NCBI RefSeq assembly: GCF_030384885.1
Contig: NZ_CP128613.1
DNA from: Escherichia coli
GTDB taxonomy: Bacteria; Pseudomonadota; Gammaproteobacteria; Enterobacterales; Enterobacteriaceae
Length of the DNA: 64,000 nucleotides
Strand: one strand, 5' to 3'
The notes beneath the pieces are model-generated. The model made no database searches. It saw only the letters and a list, made by a program, of their open reading frames with translations, and was not told the origin of the DNA. Below, one piece after another: positions 31,896-42,399 of this stretch; the stretch's first letter is position 1; each line of letters starts with the position of its first letter. The translations under genes were made by a program, and so were the position numbers.

Positions 31896-32780
31896 TCAAT
31901 CATGTATTTTTACAGCAAGACAACCACGAACAAATTCAGGATTAAAATGTTTTACCGACTCCCCAACATAACCCAAATCAAGCGAACTAATTTGTGCCAT
32001 TTCTTTCTCTGTCAGTGAGAAATCCCAGATAGCAAAATTTTCTTCGATACGCTGTTGATGTGTCGATTTCGGAATAACGACCACTCCCCGTTGAATATTC
32101 CAACGCAGAATGACTTGAGAAATCGATTTTTGATGGGCATCTGCAATACTCTGAAGCAGATTATTTTCAAAGGGTTTATGTCTTCCACCGCCTAACGGAG
32201 CCCATGCTTCAGGCTTCACGTTATAATACTTCATGGTTGCCAGCGCCTCTGGTTGGGCAAAATAGGGATGCAACTCGACCTGGTTGACCATCGGTTTAAC
32301 TCTTGCCGTTTCACAAAAGTTCGCCAGAACATGAGGATAGAAATTGGAAACCCCAATTGCTTTTAATTTGCCCTCTTCATAGGCATCTTCGAGTGCACGC
32401 CACGCACTGAAATAATCGCGCATAGCCTGGTGCAATAAATAGAGGTCGAAGTATTCTAGTCCCGATTTTTTTAATGACGCTTCAATACCTGCTTTTGCCG
32501 TATCCTGATTCAACATATCCTGCACCCACAATTTAGACGTTATAAATAACTCATCTCGGGTACATAAACCTTCAGATATAGCTTCACGAACGGCTTCACC
32601 GACGGCATCTTCATTACCGTATACCGCTGCAGTGTCGATGAGTCGATAACCCGTGCGGATAGCGTTCAACACTGACTGTTTGCACACGTTTTTATCGGTA
32701 ACCTGAAAAACACCAAATCCCATCATCGGCATTTTCAGATTGTTACTTAATACGGAAAATTCCACTGTCAGTCCCTCCAT
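31896..32780 (-). CDS. Aldo-keto reductase (intact)
   Basis: 294-aa ORF with the AKR catalytic tetrad context (D in IDTA, Y in VYGNE, K in SKLW, H in LLHQ). Divergent from ykgA. As far as I recall, K-12 retains only a pseudogene fragment here. Confidence 0.85.
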   Translation of the reverse strand: MEGLTVEFSVLSNNLKMPMMGFGVFQVTDKNVCKQSVLNAIRTGYRLIDTAAVYGNEDAVGEAVREAISEGLCTRDELFITSKLWVQDMLNQDTAKAGIEASLKKSGLEYFDLYLLHQAMRDYFSAWRALEDAYEEGKLKAIGVSNFYPHVLANFCETARVKPMVNQVELHPYFAQPEALATMKYYNVKPEAWAPLGGGRHKPFENNLLQSIADAHQKSISQVILRWNIQRGVVVIPKSTHQQRIEENFAIWDFSLTEKEMAQISSLDLGYVGESVKHFNPEFVRGCLAVKIHD

Positions 32781-33013
32781 TAGGCATGAACAATGAGTCT
32801 ACGTTAAAACGTAACCTCAAATTAGTATGTGGATTTTGATATCACTTATGCAAAAAATTCATTAATAATGTAGGACTGAAACCTCTCTATTTTCGGGGAC
32901 AACGAAGCAGACGCTACCAGTGCTTTTGCCTTCGCCCTTGCTGTTTTTGATACACTTAGGGCCCAGGGCATAACGAAAATGTGCGATATGACAAAGAATT
33001 AACGGAGAATGTG

Positions 33014-33871
33014 ATGATCAGGCAGAAGATTCTACAGCAGCTCCTGGAGTGGATTGAGTGCAATCTTGAGCACCCTATTTCAATCGAAGATATCGCACAG
33101 AAATCTGGCTACAGCAGACGCAACATCCAGCTTCTGTTCCGAAATTTCATGCATGTGCCTTTGGGAGAATACATTCGCAAACGAAGGCTTTGTCGTGCCG
33201 CCATTCTTGTCCGGCTCACCGCGAAATCTATGCTTGATATTGCACTCTCTTTGCATTTTGATTCACAGCAGTCATTCAGCCGCGAATTTAAAAAGTTATT
33301 CGGCTGCTCTCCCCGTGAATACCGCCACCGTGATTATTGGGATCTCGAAAATATCTTCCCTTCTTTTTTAATACGTCAACAGCAAAAGACGGAGTGTAGA
33401 TTAGTCAACTTTCCTGAGACACCTATTTTTGGCAATTCATTTAAATATGATATTGAAGTGTCGAATAAATCACCGGATGAAGAAGTCAAACTGCGACGTC
33501 ATCATTTAGCCAGATGTATGAAGAATTTTAAGACGGATATCTATTTCGTCTCCACGTTCGAACCGTCAACAAAATCGGTCGATTTGCTCACAGTTGAAAC
33601 TTTTGCCGGTACGGTATGCAAACAAACCGATTCAGAGATGTCGAAAGAGTGGACAATTAACCGAGGACTGTATGCCTCTTTCCGCTATGAAGGTGAGTGG
33701 GAGCACTACCCTGAATGGGCGCGAAACCTCTATCTGATGGAATTACCTGCCAGGGGGTTAGCCAGAGTGAACGGCAGTGATATTGAGCGATTTTATTACA
33801 ATGAAGATTTCGTAGAAAAGGATAGCAATGATGTTGTTTGCGAAATATTTATCCCTGTTCGTCCGGTTTAG
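33014..33871 (+). CDS. ykgA: AraC/XylS-family regulator with a GyrI-like C-terminal domain (Rob-like)
   Basis: N-terminal double HTH (ISIEDIAQKSGYSRRNIQLLF..., SQQSFSREFKKLFGCSP) and a C-terminal effector-binding-like domain. Start placed at the ATG 6 nt after GGAG. Confidence 0.85.
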   Translation: MIRQKILQQLLEWIECNLEHPISIEDIAQKSGYSRRNIQLLFRNFMHVPLGEYIRKRRLCRAAILVRLTAKSMLDIALSLHFDSQQSFSREFKKLFGCSPREYRHRDYWDLENIFPSFLIRQQQKTECRLVNFPETPIFGNSFKYDIEVSNKSPDEEVKLRRHHLARCMKNFKTDIYFVSTFEPSTKSVDLLTVETFAGTVCKQTDSEMSKEWTINRGLYASFRYEGEWEHYPEWARNLYLMELPARGLARVNGSDIERFYYNEDFVEKDSNDVVCEIFIPVRPV

Positions 33872-33991
33872 TTATCGCTATGTCTAAATGAATTTATAAC
33901 AAGACTACTGTCAGGCAATTCAATAAATAATGGCGTTGAAGATGTCAACGCCATTATTGTTTATTAGAATGTTACTTTCATACTCTTAATA

Positions 33992-36900
33992 TTATTTCAT
34001 CGCCTCCTCGCCCGTTGCCGTATTGGCATCCACCGCGGTAATGGTCACCGTCACTGGCTTCATTTCGTACCCGCCATAGGTCAGGGCGTTAAATGTGAAC
34101 GTATAGACACCAGGCTTGCTGGTACTAAATGTACGCGTGATTTTTCCGCTCACGAAATGGTCATTTTTCGACGGCAGGAACTGATAATCCTTCTCCGTCA
34201 CCCCTTCCGGCGTCTGAATGTCGACCCACATATTCCCGCCAACGGGGTTATTTGCCGACATCAGGGTCACCTCCAGCTTCGCAGTCGATTTCCCATCCGC
34301 CACCAGAGATTGCACATCAGATGATGCGGCGAGCACCGCGTTTTTATCATCCGCCACGAAACTGGATTCAGCCGTTTTCGTTGATACCTGACCGTTGTCC
34401 TGACTCACTTGCGCCGTAAGTGTATATTTCGCTGCAACAGTCGTGGTGGCGGTGAAAATAGCCTGCCCTTGCTCATTCGTTGTCGCTGTGCCATTCGGTT
34501 CCAGGTTTAACGAAGCCGGGCTGGCGGTCAGCGTCACTTCGCTATCTTTCAACAAATTGTTATTGGCATCAGTCACCGTAACTTTATACGTCTGTTTGGC
34601 TTTGCCATCCGCCACTGCACGGTTGCCAATCACCTCAATACTGGAGATGGTCGCCGTAGTCTTATCCGCCACAAACGTAATGCTCTTCGCGTCTGAAGGC
34701 TGGTTATTTCCTGCTGAAGCCGTGATCTCATACGTTCCGGCAGTCACTGAAACCACCTGCAACTCTGCTTTCCCCTCATCGTTGGCTTTCACCCAGACAT
34801 TATCGCCAGTAAGCGGTTTGACACCCCGGGGCAGATTAAATGTCACCAGAGTTCCTGGAACAGGGTTACCGTTTTTATCCTCAACGGTCGCCGTCAGCGT
34901 AAAGGCATCTTTGCCGTTTGCCACTTTTTGAGCGGCAGTGTCAACCTGCAGGTTTGCCTGACCGGTGCTGGCGTCTGCGTTGAATTTCACCGTGACCGTC
35001 TTCTGAGCATTATTCACTGAGGCCGTGATACTGTGTTCCCCAGCAACGGTTGCTATCAACTCAATGTCCGCTTTACCTGCCGCATTGGTTGTTACTGTAT
35101 TCCCCGTCTTGCTAGTCACACCCTGCGGTAAAGTCAGCGTAACTTCTTGCCCCTGCAACGGGTTACCATAGCTGTCCACGACGGTCAGGGTTACCTGGTT
35201 AGCAGACTGTCCATTTGCCAGTTGGTTATTCACCTTCACCGCCATATCACTGATCACTGCCCGGGAAGCGTCGCCTGCAACATTCAGCACCAATGGCTGA
35301 GCAACGGCATTTTGGCCGTTCACGCGTGGCATGACAGACAACTGACCTGCAGCCGATCCCAGCGTTAAGGTCGACACGTAGACCCCATTACCTTTCTCTG
35401 TCCAGTTTCCTGCTGAAGGACGCTCACTCCCCGTGCTGGCGGCACCGCTAAACACTGGTGCATCTGGCTTCAGCCCGGTGACCGGGTTCCCGTACGCATC
35501 CTTCACGGTGAAGGTGAGTTCCGTCGTCGTTTTAACCGTTGGAGTCTTATTGTCCGCAACAAGCGTAGAGTTCGCTGATGACATCTCCCCGGCGATGACC
35601 GTCAACTGCGCGGCTTCGGTGGCTGCTGGCTGGCCGTTGAAGAGCGGCATGACACGAAGCTCGCCCGTCTTTCCGCCTGTGGTCAACGTAGCAACATAGG
35701 AACCGTCACCTTTTTCGGTCCAACTGGAAATAGTCGCCCCTTCAGAGGCGGTCCCCGTCAAACTTGCCGACAACGAAAGACCACTGATAGCGTTGCCATG
35801 CGCATCTTTCGCCACCAGCGTCACGGTTGTGCTTTCGCCTGCTTTTACGCGATCTGCGGCTACAGACACTGTCGACTGGCCTGAAGATAACGCATCAGCC
35901 ACCACGGTTACTTTTGCCGCGTTTGCTGCCGCGTCCTGCCCATTGAGCTTCGGCATAACCTCTAATTCACCCGCCGTAGAGCCGAGAGTAATTTGCGCAG
36001 TCCACGTCCCATCACCATTATTTGTCCAGCCCGATGCCGTAGAACCTACAGCAGCGGCACCCGCTAATGACGGCGCTTCCGGCGTGAGGCTGGTCACAGG
36101 GTTGTCATAGGCATCTTTTGCCGTCCAGATTGCCGTAACTGTACCGCCAACCACCGGTTTATCAGGATTCAGTGTGATGGACGAATGTGCTGCATCAAGC
36201 GGCCCGGCAACAAACTTCAGCGTTTGTTGTAACGTGCCCAGCTGATACTGCTCGCTGAAGGCACGCACAACAACGTTTCCGGCACGGGTCGAAGAAACCG
36301 TGGCGCTGTAAACCCCTGGTTTTATTTCCGAAATGGCACCAACGGTTACACCATTAGTGTCTTGCGGAACAAGTCGCAGGCGGCTGGCTTCTCCCGTCAC
36401 CGGATTACCCTCGGAGTCCACCGCTGTCAGTGTCAGCGTGTAGGCTTGCTGACCATCAGCAACCACATCACCTGACGGCTCGTTAGCGCTCAGGGTGGAG
36501 TTTGCCACATCCATCATCGTGGCCCGCAGTTCTGCAGTGACAGTTTTGCTCATGTCATCAACGCTAACAGTAATCGTTACCTCACCTGACTGCGTTCCGG
36601 TAGTAAAGACAGACTGATACACCCCTGCTTCAGTTTCGGTGAACTCACCCAGTGTGGGTTTTGCCTGTGATTTAGTGGCCTTCAGGGTACGAGTCACAAT
36701 ATTTCCAGCCGGTTTGAAGGTTAGTTCAGTCTTGATCTGATCTTTCATGCCCGTGACTGGCTGGCCCTCGGCGTCGCGCAGAGACAGCACCAGCGGCTTT
36801 TGCTCATTACCGTTAGCAAGCATTTGAATACTGCTCTGACCGTCAAGCGTTAACGCCGTACGATCGGCGCTCATACCAGCTCCGCTAATAACCACTTCTG

Positions 36901-38245
36901 TCTGCACACGTTTCGAGGCATTGCCTTTGTTATCGTAGGCAACTGCTGAAATCGCATAATAATTGTCTTTGCCTGGACGGTAAGCCGGGAGCGTTACTTG
37001 CCACTGACTACCCTGACCGGTAATTTTGCCACCTTCAGCCAGTAATGACGGCGCTTCCCACTGCACATTTTTCAGTCCGTGAGTTGCTTTGCTGACCACA
37101 AGCCCCAGGGAAACCGTCTGACCGCCCTTGCCTTCAATACGCTCAGGCAGAGCAATACGGATCACTTCAGATTTGCGGTACTCAAGAACGATGTTGTTAT
37201 TACGCTCAACCAGGTCATAGCGGCTGCCTGCCAGCATTCGACGCTCGCGAATGCTGTCTGTATCGAGTTGTTTTTGCAGAGGTTCGCCAATTCGGTAGTT
37301 AACTTCCAGGCCAAAGCGAGTGTCATTCTCACCACTCTTGCCCTGCTTATGCCCGGCGCTCAGTGTCAGAAGAGGCACTGGTGTATAGGTTACCTCGGCA
37401 GAAATAGCATGCGGGTCTTTCTGGCGTTTATCTTTACCAAACAGCCCGACTTCATCGCCATAATACTGCTCATACATCAGGCTTGCGCCAAGCTGCGGCC
37501 AGGCAGGTAAATAGCCCTCAGCACGAATATCCCAGCCATTCGCCGGGCGTTCCTGATAATCCTCAACATCCGGTGATTTTTTCCAGCCAGAAGCCCGGAT
37601 ATAACCATTGGCGCTCAGTTTCAAATAATCACGCCAGTATTCCGCACCAACACCAATGCGGGTATGACTACGGGATAAATCATGATCGATAAAAGTATTC
37701 ACCCCCGCCATCCAGTCATTTCCTGAAAAATGACGCCAGCCAAAACCAATATTTGACTGAGTACGATCGTCGGTACGATGTATTGCCCCCTGAGTGAACA
37801 ACATATTTGTCGGCGTGTCATAAATCGGATAAAGCATTTCCAGCGAAGAGTCCTTCAGCGAGAAATTTTTATCGACATTCAGTTTGACGCGCGCAGTACC
37901 ATATTTCCCGAGCCACTCCTGTATTTCCTGGTTAGCTTTAGCTGTGGCCATTCCGGTAATAAAGTTACGTGTCGCATCGCTATCTGGCTGACTGCTTAAA
38001 AATGTCCCGGCATTTGCGGCAAACGATGCGACATTTTTCTCCACATTATTATCAGCAGCTACCGTGGTATTTTCCATGCTCAACCGTGGCTGAACCGCAT
38101 GCTGCGCGCGTGCTGCCATTACTGGGGTAAAGGTGACAGCGAGTGGGAAAAGAACCTGAACAGAGATATTTGCCCACGCCACGCAGCGGGCCAGAACTGA
38201 ATAACGAAATCGTGGTTGTTTATGACCTGTTTTATAACGTGACAT
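33992..38245 (-). CDS. eaeH: Intimin/invasin-like outer-membrane adhesin EaeH/FdeC, intact
   Basis: 1417-aa uninterrupted ORF with an N-terminal signal/anchor, a beta-barrel-like region and a long array of Big (bacterial Ig-like) repeats visible as recurring T.T...KDA.GNP..G units. Confidence 0.92.
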   Translation of the reverse strand: MSRYKTGHKQPRFRYSVLARCVAWANISVQVLFPLAVTFTPVMAARAQHAVQPRLSMENTTVAADNNVEKNVASFAANAGTFLSSQPDSDATRNFITGMATAKANQEIQEWLGKYGTARVKLNVDKNFSLKDSSLEMLYPIYDTPTNMLFTQGAIHRTDDRTQSNIGFGWRHFSGNDWMAGVNTFIDHDLSRSHTRIGVGAEYWRDYLKLSANGYIRASGWKKSPDVEDYQERPANGWDIRAEGYLPAWPQLGASLMYEQYYGDEVGLFGKDKRQKDPHAISAEVTYTPVPLLTLSAGHKQGKSGENDTRFGLEVNYRIGEPLQKQLDTDSIRERRMLAGSRYDLVERNNNIVLEYRKSEVIRIALPERIEGKGGQTVSLGLVVSKATHGLKNVQWEAPSLLAEGGKITGQGSQWQVTLPAYRPGKDNYYAISAVAYDNKGNASKRVQTEVVISGAGMSADRTALTLDGQSSIQMLANGNEQKPLVLSLRDAEGQPVTGMKDQIKTELTFKPAGNIVTRTLKATKSQAKPTLGEFTETEAGVYQSVFTTGTQSGEVTITVSVDDMSKTVTAELRATMMDVANSTLSANEPSGDVVADGQQAYTLTLTAVDSEGNPVTGEASRLRLVPQDTNGVTVGAISEIKPGVYSATVSSTRAGNVVVRAFSEQYQLGTLQQTLKFVAGPLDAAHSSITLNPDKPVVGGTVTAIWTAKDAYDNPVTSLTPEAPSLAGAAAVGSTASGWTNNGDGTWTAQITLGSTAGELEVMPKLNGQDAAANAAKVTVVADALSSGQSTVSVAADRVKAGESTTVTLVAKDAHGNAISGLSLSASLTGTASEGATISSWTEKGDGSYVATLTTGGKTGELRVMPLFNGQPAATEAAQLTVIAGEMSSANSTLVADNKTPTVKTTTELTFTVKDAYGNPVTGLKPDAPVFSGAASTGSERPSAGNWTEKGNGVYVSTLTLGSAAGQLSVMPRVNGQNAVAQPLVLNVAGDASRAVISDMAVKVNNQLANGQSANQVTLTVVDSYGNPLQGQEVTLTLPQGVTSKTGNTVTTNAAGKADIELIATVAGEHSITASVNNAQKTVTVKFNADASTGQANLQVDTAAQKVANGKDAFTLTATVEDKNGNPVPGTLVTFNLPRGVKPLTGDNVWVKANDEGKAELQVVSVTAGTYEITASAGNNQPSDAKSITFVADKTTATISSIEVIGNRAVADGKAKQTYKVTVTDANNNLLKDSEVTLTASPASLNLEPNGTATTNEQGQAIFTATTTVAAKYTLTAQVSQDNGQVSTKTAESSFVADDKNAVLAASSDVQSLVADGKSTAKLEVTLMSANNPVGGNMWVDIQTPEGVTEKDYQFLPSKNDHFVSGKITRTFSTSKPGVYTFTFNALTYGGYEMKPVTVTITAVDANTATGEEAMK

Positions 38246-38795
38246 TGAGATAATTTCCTGATGAACGAATTAACGAACATAGGCAAACACAAATAATGGT
38301 GTCTGCTTGTCAGAAAAGCCGGGGATTTCCCGGTTTCCTTTTCCGCAGAAAAGGAAATACCTTTATGTAAGAAAGTACACCGCCACCTAATATATCCAGT
38401 GTCTGTAGCCACTCATCAGGTGGGTGGGCGCGGGATTATATTTTTATTTATGGGTAAAAATTTAGCTTTTTGTGCAAGTCATTAAATAGATACCTAAGTT
38501 ATATTTCTTACTCTGCGGACAGTGAATAATTCATTATTCAGAGTGAATAATAATGACCTGCTTTTAATTTACCACGATTGGAAATACGTCGAAGTAGGTA
38601 TATACGCCAGGATAAACCGATATATTTTTTTTGGATATTCATTTTCCTTCATCGGACTGTAAATTGCGGGGATATCGAACTTGCACGACTCATCGCAACA
38701 CTCAAACAGATTTATGAATTTCGTTCATAACCCCTGACAAATCCTGCCGTCTAATCGAGCTCTTCCCTTTACGTTATGCTTCTCATGAACGATAA

Positions 38796-39386
<591 letters not shown>

Positions 39387-39578
39387 GCGATTATGCATCT
39401 ACCTATTTACGTCGGTCACTCAGTCAGAGTCTTGCCCATATTCAATGAGGTTCAACACCGCAGCCAATGAAAAGTAGGCCATGCGGGGATTAATAGCATT
39501 ACTCATTAACCAATCGCTCTTTTCATTTACGTGCTCTTTATGTAACGTATTGCTTTTATTGATCTTCCTAGAGTTTGC

Positions 39579-39935
39579 ATGAATAAGAATCTCATCCTCG
39601 CATTTGCATTATTTTCCTTACCTGTATTTGCAGAAGAAGATCTGGGGCCAGGCAAATATGTTTGTGACATTAGGATTTCCAGCCTGGATACCGCTACTCA
39701 AATTCTGTCAAAATCCGCAACAGTTCTCGATAATGGAAACAATTTCATCGTTCAAATGCCAAATGGAGATCAATTGTACTCTCCAGATCTGGAAAATGTT
39801 GATGATGGTATAAAACAAAAAGCAACAATAGGTGGAGTGACATTTATTCGTCGTCCAACTTTTAACGATCGCTTCATCGTGGAAGATGGAAATACAGGAT
39901 TCTTCTATAAGATGCGAAACTGCGAGAAGAAATAA
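39579..39935 (+). CDS. Small secreted protein of unknown function
   Basis: 118-aa ORF with a signal peptide (LILAFALFSLPVFA/EE) and two Cys residues. No family recognised. A long imperfect hairpin follows at 40003-40052. Confidence 0.55.
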   Translation: MNKNLILAFALFSLPVFAEEDLGPGKYVCDIRISSLDTATQILSKSATVLDNGNNFIVQMPNGDQLYSPDLENVDDGIKQKATIGGVTFIRRPTFNDRFIVEDGNTGFFYKMRNCEKK

Positions 39936-40223
39936 AGGAAGTTTGATAGCGATATCCTCCTGATTTTCAGGCTTTGTACCTGTTCAAGACTTACAACTAC
40001 AAGCCGCTACGTGTTAACGCCTCCCAAAATAACCACCGTTAACCGTAGCGGCCATAGATACTATTATTTTAGCCACATTACTGGTGATAATGATAATTGA
40101 TATTATGGCCGTATAGAAAATAAGTATTAATTATCAGAAAGTTTATTATGTAAACGCGTCCTAATGATTACGTTATTCCTCTTACCGATATTCGCCCAGA
40201 GCAACCATCAATTACACACATCA

Positions 40224-41150
40224 TTAACTTTCTATTTTTACTCTTTTCTCCACCATAAAATCAATAAAAGCACGAACTTTAGAGGGCATTCTCACCCGTG
40301 ATGAAACATAAATATAAAATCCAGGAAATGAAACAGCCCAATCCTCAAGAATCGGCTGTAACTTGCCCGCATTGATATGTTCAGCGATTGCAAAATCCAG
40401 ATGTTGAATGATACCCGTTCCATTCAGCGCCATTCGTATCATGCTTTCGTCATCATTAGAAATATACTTACCTGAAACCTCTATTTCGAACTCTTCATTA
40501 CCCCCCACAACATTAGAAAACTCCCATGCAGAGAGTGCACCGCTACTTTTATGCCGCAACCGAAGGCAATTATGGTTACTCAGTTCCTGAGGCGTTTCAG
40601 GAATACCGTGTTCTTTTAAATAATCTGGCGATGCCACAGTAACCAGTTTAATAAGCGGAGAAACAGGAACGGCAGTCATATGCTCATCCAGTCCTTGCTC
40701 AAGACGTATGCCCACATCACAGCCGTCCGCAATAATGTTAGATAAACCGTCATCCATAATGAGTTCTATCTTTGTTTTGGGGTAACGAGTAAGAAACTCG
40801 CCAATATGAGGCTCAACAAGCATCCGTGCTGCAACACGGGAGGAATTTATTCTCAACAGGCCTGTAGGTTCAAGTTGGGTATCACCAACATCTTTCAAAG
40901 CATCATCAATTTGCCCCAAAGCCGACACCAGCACTTCATACAGACGCTGTCCTTCCTCAGTAAGCGACATATTGCGGGTCGTACGGTATATCAGCTTGGT
41001 GTTAAGACGTTCCTCAAGAGATTTTAAATTCTGGGACAATGCGGCCCGCGTAATACCCATTTCAGAAGCGGCTCTGGAAAAACTGCCGGCACGAACAATC
41101 AGCGCAAACCAGGCAAGAGAAGGCAAAATTGAAGGCTCTATTTTCATCAT
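40224..41150 (-). CDS. LysR-family transcriptional regulator
   Basis: Start placed at ATGATG (MMKIEPSILPSLAWF...) after AAGG. LysR HTH present (FSRAASEMGITRAALSQNLKSLE). Divergent from the hydrolase gene. Confidence 0.85.
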   Translation of the reverse strand: MMKIEPSILPSLAWFALIVRAGSFSRAASEMGITRAALSQNLKSLEERLNTKLIYRTTRNMSLTEEGQRLYEVLVSALGQIDDALKDVGDTQLEPTGLLRINSSRVAARMLVEPHIGEFLTRYPKTKIELIMDDGLSNIIADGCDVGIRLEQGLDEHMTAVPVSPLIKLVTVASPDYLKEHGIPETPQELSNHNCLRLRHKSSGALSAWEFSNVVGGNEEFEIEVSGKYISNDDESMIRMALNGTGIIQHLDFAIAEHINAGKLQPILEDWAVSFPGFYIYVSSRVRMPSKVRAFIDFMVEKRVKIES

Positions 41151-41306
41151 TGTAAACCTTAACTTAACACTGTGATAGATATTAGACCATTGATGATAAC
41201 CAATACAAGTCATACTATTACGCCGTTCTCGATATGAACACAAATGCCAGTTGCGGATAATAGAAATGATATTTAAATCTGTTTAGGCAAATCCCTGGAG
41301 CTTGAA

Positions 41307-42227
41307 ATGAAAACGGTTTCGATAAAACACACTTACTGGGATATAGCTGCTGATATCTATTTCCCTGACGATTTTAATAGTGAAAAAAAGTATCCTGCCA
41401 TTATCAGTGCCCATCCAATTGGAAGCTGCAAAGAACAGACATCGGGTAGTGTGTATGGTGCCGCCCTGGCAAAAGCTGGCTTTATCGTCATTGCTTTTGA
41501 TGCCAGTTTTCAGGGAAGCAGCGGTGGAGAACCGCGTTATCTGGAAGATCCAACAATGCGAGTAAAAGACTTCAGCATTGTCGTTGATTACCTTACCACC
41601 TTACCTTACGTTGATGCCGGGCGTATTGGTGTACTGGGTATTTGTGGTGGAGGTGGATATGCCATTAATGCCGCAATGACAGAACGTCGGATTAAAGCCA
41701 TTGGTACTGTCACGGGTGCAAACTACGGGCGTCTTATGCGTGAGGGATTTACAGCGTTTAATCCTATCGGAGCACTCGAAGCAATGGCGCAACAAAGAAC
41801 AGACGAAGCTAACGGCGCAAAACTTCGCGTAGATGATTTACTCCCCTCTTCTCCGGATGCAGCTCTTGAAGCGGGATTAACAGAAATAGACCTTTTTGAA
41901 GCAACAGAATATTATCGTTCGCCACGAGGCTGTGCGACTAATGGGGTAAATCGTTCGCTATTTTCACATCAGACTGTTGCCGTGGGCTGGGATGCTTTTC
42001 ATCTTGCAGAAGTCCTGTTAACTCAACCACTAATGGTTGTAGTGGGCGATAGAGTGGGCGCTTTTGGTGCCTATCGTGACGGCTGCGAAATTATTGGTCG
42101 TGCAGCCTCAAAACATAAAGAGTTGGTCGTGGTTGAAGGTTATTCACATTACGACCTGTATGATAAGCCAGAACCTGTGAAACAGGCGCTCGATAAATTA
42201 ATTCCTTTTTACAAAACACATTTGTAA
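41307..42227 (+). CDS. Alpha/beta hydrolase, dienelactone-hydrolase-like with a Cys nucleophile elbow
   Basis: 306-aa ORF. It has a GICGGGG nucleophile elbow (G-x-C-x-G) and a late His (YSHYDLY). Confidence 0.7.
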   Translation: MKTVSIKHTYWDIAADIYFPDDFNSEKKYPAIISAHPIGSCKEQTSGSVYGAALAKAGFIVIAFDASFQGSSGGEPRYLEDPTMRVKDFSIVVDYLTTLPYVDAGRIGVLGICGGGGYAINAAMTERRIKAIGTVTGANYGRLMREGFTAFNPIGALEAMAQQRTDEANGAKLRVDDLLPSSPDAALEAGLTEIDLFEATEYYRSPRGCATNGVNRSLFSHQTVAVGWDAFHLAEVLLTQPLMVVVGDRVGAFGAYRDGCEIIGRAASKHKELVVVEGYSHYDLYDKPEPVKQALDKLIPFYKTHL

Positions 42228-42399
42228 TAACCTTGCAGGGAGATTCATTATCTCCCTGAGATTTATCCTTTATTGACTACACAACAATAATGAAATTACT
42301 CAAAAAGAATTCTATTAAAGGAAAAAAGCATCAAAAAGTAGCAACTCAACTTATTAAGATTATACGCATTAAAATCAGATAAACATTTGAGGTATTGTT

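Noticed and set aside
33992-38245. Periodic repeats inside eaeH; considered as tandem DNA repeats or a CRISPR-like array.
   Set aside because: The periodicity is at the protein-domain level (Ig-like units of about 300 nt) with strong DNA divergence. There are no short direct repeats with unique spacers. No CRISPR array is present anywhere in the window.
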